The notes beneath the pieces are model-generated. The model saw only the letters and a program-made list of their open reading frames with translations, did no database searches and was not told the DNA's origin. DNA of 62,739 nucleotides, counting the filler, from Globobulimina sp. (Eukaryota): assembly GCA_003354225.1 (NCBI GenBank). It is 11 parts of 11 records of this genome, joined end to end, with 100 filler letters (N's around TTAATTAATTAA, not from the genome) between each part and the next. Parts side by side here need not be neighbours in the genome. Positions count along the whole stretch, not along the records: positions 57,140 to 62,739 come from PIVH01000495.1; 10 more parts are not named here. One strand, 5' to 3'. The position numbers and the translations under genes were made by a program. Below, piece after piece: positions 59,365-62,739 of the stretch. Each line of letters starts with the position of its first letter. The first letter of the stretch is position 1.

Positions 59365-62334
59365 TTATTTATGTTTTGTTCTATAATTATGCGGTGCATC
59401 AATCAACAAAGCAGTCCAAATGGAATTCGCCGCTTCTTCCACAATTCTTAATAATTCGCTTGCTGCCAACTCTTCATTTATTTCTAAACTAAAGCGCGAA
59501 TAAACAAATCTCACATTTTCCTCAATCACTTGCATAGAGCCCTGGCCAATCAATGATAACAAATTCAGTATCAACGGTGCCATTTTCCTCAACCTCGAAT
59601 ATGCGGAAATAATATATTTCTGAAATTTTTTATATTTTATCGACTTATAACCACCTAACACATCAATCATCTGCTTAATAATCCTTATTTTTGGAGAGAT
59701 TGTCGATTTCATTGGAGGTTCCTCGCCATAAATATATCCAAAATCAATATGAAACAAATAACCGCCCGGTGTCAATAAGATATTATCCAAATGGCGATCT
59801 CCGACACCTAATAAGTATGTAATCACACAATACCCAGCCAATGACTTTGTAAATATATCAATGGATTGCGCCAACTGTTTGGGATTATGTTCATTCTGAT
59901 CAATATAATATTTACTGATACTATTTTGATATCCTTCTAAAATGCCACCAATGGTTGGCGCGTTGGGCACAAACTCCATCATTCCACTGTCAATCCCCGT
60001 GGCTAACACTGGATACGGCGTTAAATATAAATTTAAATTAACTTCTTGCAATAAGTTGTCCATCAAATGTATAGTTTGTATGATTAATTGGTCCCTCCGT
60101 AAATCGTCGCCATTCTTCCATATTATGATATAATATTTATCCAAATCTAAGTTGGTTAGTTGCGTTCGTTGCAATTGTCGCCGCAATATCTCATTTACTT
60201 CACTTTCGTTTTCATCCTCGCCGTCATTGGAAATATTCTCACCGTCATTCTTATTTTCGTTAGTTTTTGCATCCGAATCGTCCACACACGATTTAAATTT
60301 TTTATCTTTCTCGAATTTAAAGGCAATCCGTAAGGGCGCCATGGCACTGCGAAATACAGAACATTCTCCACCTTCGATGCCCGTCACGCGAATATTCGGT
60401 CTCAATGGCATTAAAACTCCCTTTTCAAATTCTTGTAAGTAATGAAACTTGCCCTTGTCCGATGATATCGTATATCGTAATTTGTTTTTCTTATCGTCAA
60501 CTTTTCCATTAATATTACCAATATATTCACTTTAATAAATAATAAGATATGGAATACTTGAATGAAACATATAAATCACAAAAACAAATTGATAGAAGTA
60601 CAGCTTTTAATTTCTGTCAATTTGTCTTGTAATTTACAAAAGTATTCCACATTTTACTTGTTTTTCAGTACCTTAATTTTATTAATTGTCCAATTAACCA
60701 TTTTTGTCTCAACAACTCCTCAAAATAATCAGCTCTCTTTTGTTGCGTTTCAGCAATAATTTTCTCCAAAAAGAATAGGTATCTTTGATTGAAGGCATTG
60801 TCACTGTTCTCGTCCTGTTCCGTTGCAACCACCACACTCCAATATAAAAAATTCAATAACGAATAACTTTGTGCCGATAAACATCGATCCAATAAGAAGC
60901 GTTCTAATTCACTCAGTGATTTCTTGTCAATGCCAATAAAACTTTCAAAACGTATAGCTTGTACTAATTGCATTATATATAATTCTAAATCCGCATCAGA
61001 TGCGGTACGACGCAATACGTCGATGCCAAACTTTCGAAATTGTCCGCACGTAAAATGCCCAGATAACAAATGCAACGCTGAAGCTATATCAATGGCGGCC
61101 CATTTATCCATTAAATTTAATGCTATTTCGATTTCTGAATCATTGGATTGATTTATAATTCGCAAAAATTTGGTTAATGCATTTTTGTTATCCATCAAAT
61201 ATTTTTTGTACTTCCATACCAATAACTTTTACCAACAATATTATAACACTGATGTTCAAGCCACAAATGGGTAATTTTACCAAAAAAGACATGCTTTGAG
61301 CATCGAACAAAAGTGTTACAATCCCATACCTTATCACTTTCAGTGATGTTACTCATATCAAACAATTTAATAATTTCTTGCAGCCGTTTCTGTTCATCAA
61401 CCGCGGGTCGCACATCATAGTCATCCAAGAGATCCAAATGCTGTGACAATTTATTGTTTTTTTCCAACACCGGATTGGTCAGTTTAGTTTCGGGATCACT
61501 CAGTAACAATAATAGCGATTCTATTTGAGGCACACTCTTACCATTTATTTCATTATTTTTATATTCCAATTTCTGTTTCGAGTCAGTACTGGTCGGAGCA
61601 CGTATAATTTGAACCTTTTTTTTATTTGCTTTTTCCTGAAACACTATTTTATATCCAATATTAGGCAACGTTACGGATAAATAAATACCGTGCGCTGTGT
61701 CACTTATTTGAACAGAGTTAGTTTTATTTTCTTGATTGATTCTGTTTAACCGCCTATTTGTTAATGCATCTAAATATGGGACTTTTGGTATTTGTTTCAT
61801 AGCTTTTGCAGTAATTTTGCTTTGTATTTGATCTTTGACAGTCAAGTAACGGTTTAATTTTGTAAATAAGGTTTTAGAATCAATAGAACCATCACCATGA
61901 TAGCCTTCGCGTATACGTAGTTTGTAATGGCCAAAACGTAAGATACGCTGTTCAAATAATGGTAATGTCACACCACCAATGATATGCTTGATAGAGCCGG
62001 TTAACGTGGATGATACGGCGTAGATAGTAAATACAATTTGGGAATCACGCGAAATATCACAAATACGTACCGGGAATGTTACAATTTCATTCCATTTACA
62101 TGCGGATGAATTAAACTGTTTGTATGAGCATGTTACGGGTAGTCCCAAGATCATACCTTTTTGAAATAATGCTGCTTCAATAAAACATTCATATTCGTTA
62201 TTATTACTGCTTGTTGTGGGCGAGTAATGTGTAAAATTGGTTAATTCTGAGGCTGCGGGTACACCACAAATCCCGCTGATAATAACTTTCACGTTGAATT
62301 GAACATCGGATGAGAAATAAAAGCAGACATTCAT
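59365..62334 (-). CDS. VPS34: Class III phosphatidylinositol 3-kinase; introns 61329..61226 and 60671..60530
   Basis: C2 domain (WNEIVTFPVRICDISRDSQ), helical domain (ALTKFL, LELYIMQLVQAIRFE) and kinase domain (KNGDDLRRDQL, AGYCVITYLLGVGDRHLDN, FHIDFGY). Confidence 0.96.
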
Positions 62335-62397
62335 TTCTCCGGACACGATTTTACTGACTTTAAGTTTTAAATATTATTCACGGTACAAGCAGCGACC

Positions 62398-62739
62398 ATG
62401 GAATTAATAAACTCAACACAGATTCAACAGGTACAATGTGCTTCTTTTGTAGTAGCGTCATGCAAAAAAATCATTGTAACAATGCCATGTATAGTGTTTC
62501 AATACAGCCAACAAAATCTCATTAAGTGAAGCAATATTCAATGAATATGACGAATTAATTAAATTACGTCGCCATTTTCATCGCTATCCAGAATTAGGTT
62601 ATAAAGAATACGAAACATCTAAATTTATTATAGCGTATTTGCGTAATCTATCATCAGCATTAACTATAAAAACAAATATTGCAAAAACAGGTGTTACCGC
62701 GTTATTGATTGGTGAAAGAGGTAATGGTCCATGCATTGC
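62398..62739 (+). CDS. M20D-type amidohydrolase, 3'-truncated; probable intron 62431-62494
   Basis: LIKLRRHFHRYPELGYKEYETS...AKTGVTALL. Absent from the ORF track. Confidence 0.88.

Overview
This window is not one locus. It holds 11 unrelated contigs of about 5.6 kb, in decreasing length order, joined by artificial 100-bp N/TTAATTAATTAA/N linkers. The DNA is eukaryotic and mostly AT-rich, uses the standard genetic code, is gene-dense and has short GT-AG introns. It resembles a rhizarian/foraminiferan protist (inference only). Recognisable genes: aquaporin, FABP-like protein, WGR-domain protein, ALDH, riboflavin kinase, G-alpha, TOR, LC8 dynein light chain, CAP-Gly/ankyrin protein, PIMT, Pol kappa, two SET proteins, a MAPK phosphatase, a FabD-like transacylase, transportin, Vps34 and an M20 amidohydrolase. 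Three signals stand out. (1) Palindromic TTAA-target MITEs with GGTAGT ends (Kolobok-like) are present; one related copy sits in a coding exon and is removed exactly as a spliceosomal intron (introner), and two Vps34 introns are also hairpins. (2) Two divergent DIRS/Ngaro-like retroelements share an HIDD RT active site; their gag and RT ORFs lack a native ATG start and are preceded by phase-1 splice acceptors, suggesting expression by alternative splicing. (3) One contig has a 119-bp terminal overlap (a 5,500-bp circle or tandem unit) and carries an intronless secreted protein with a bacterial-like domain fused to CBM14 repeats.
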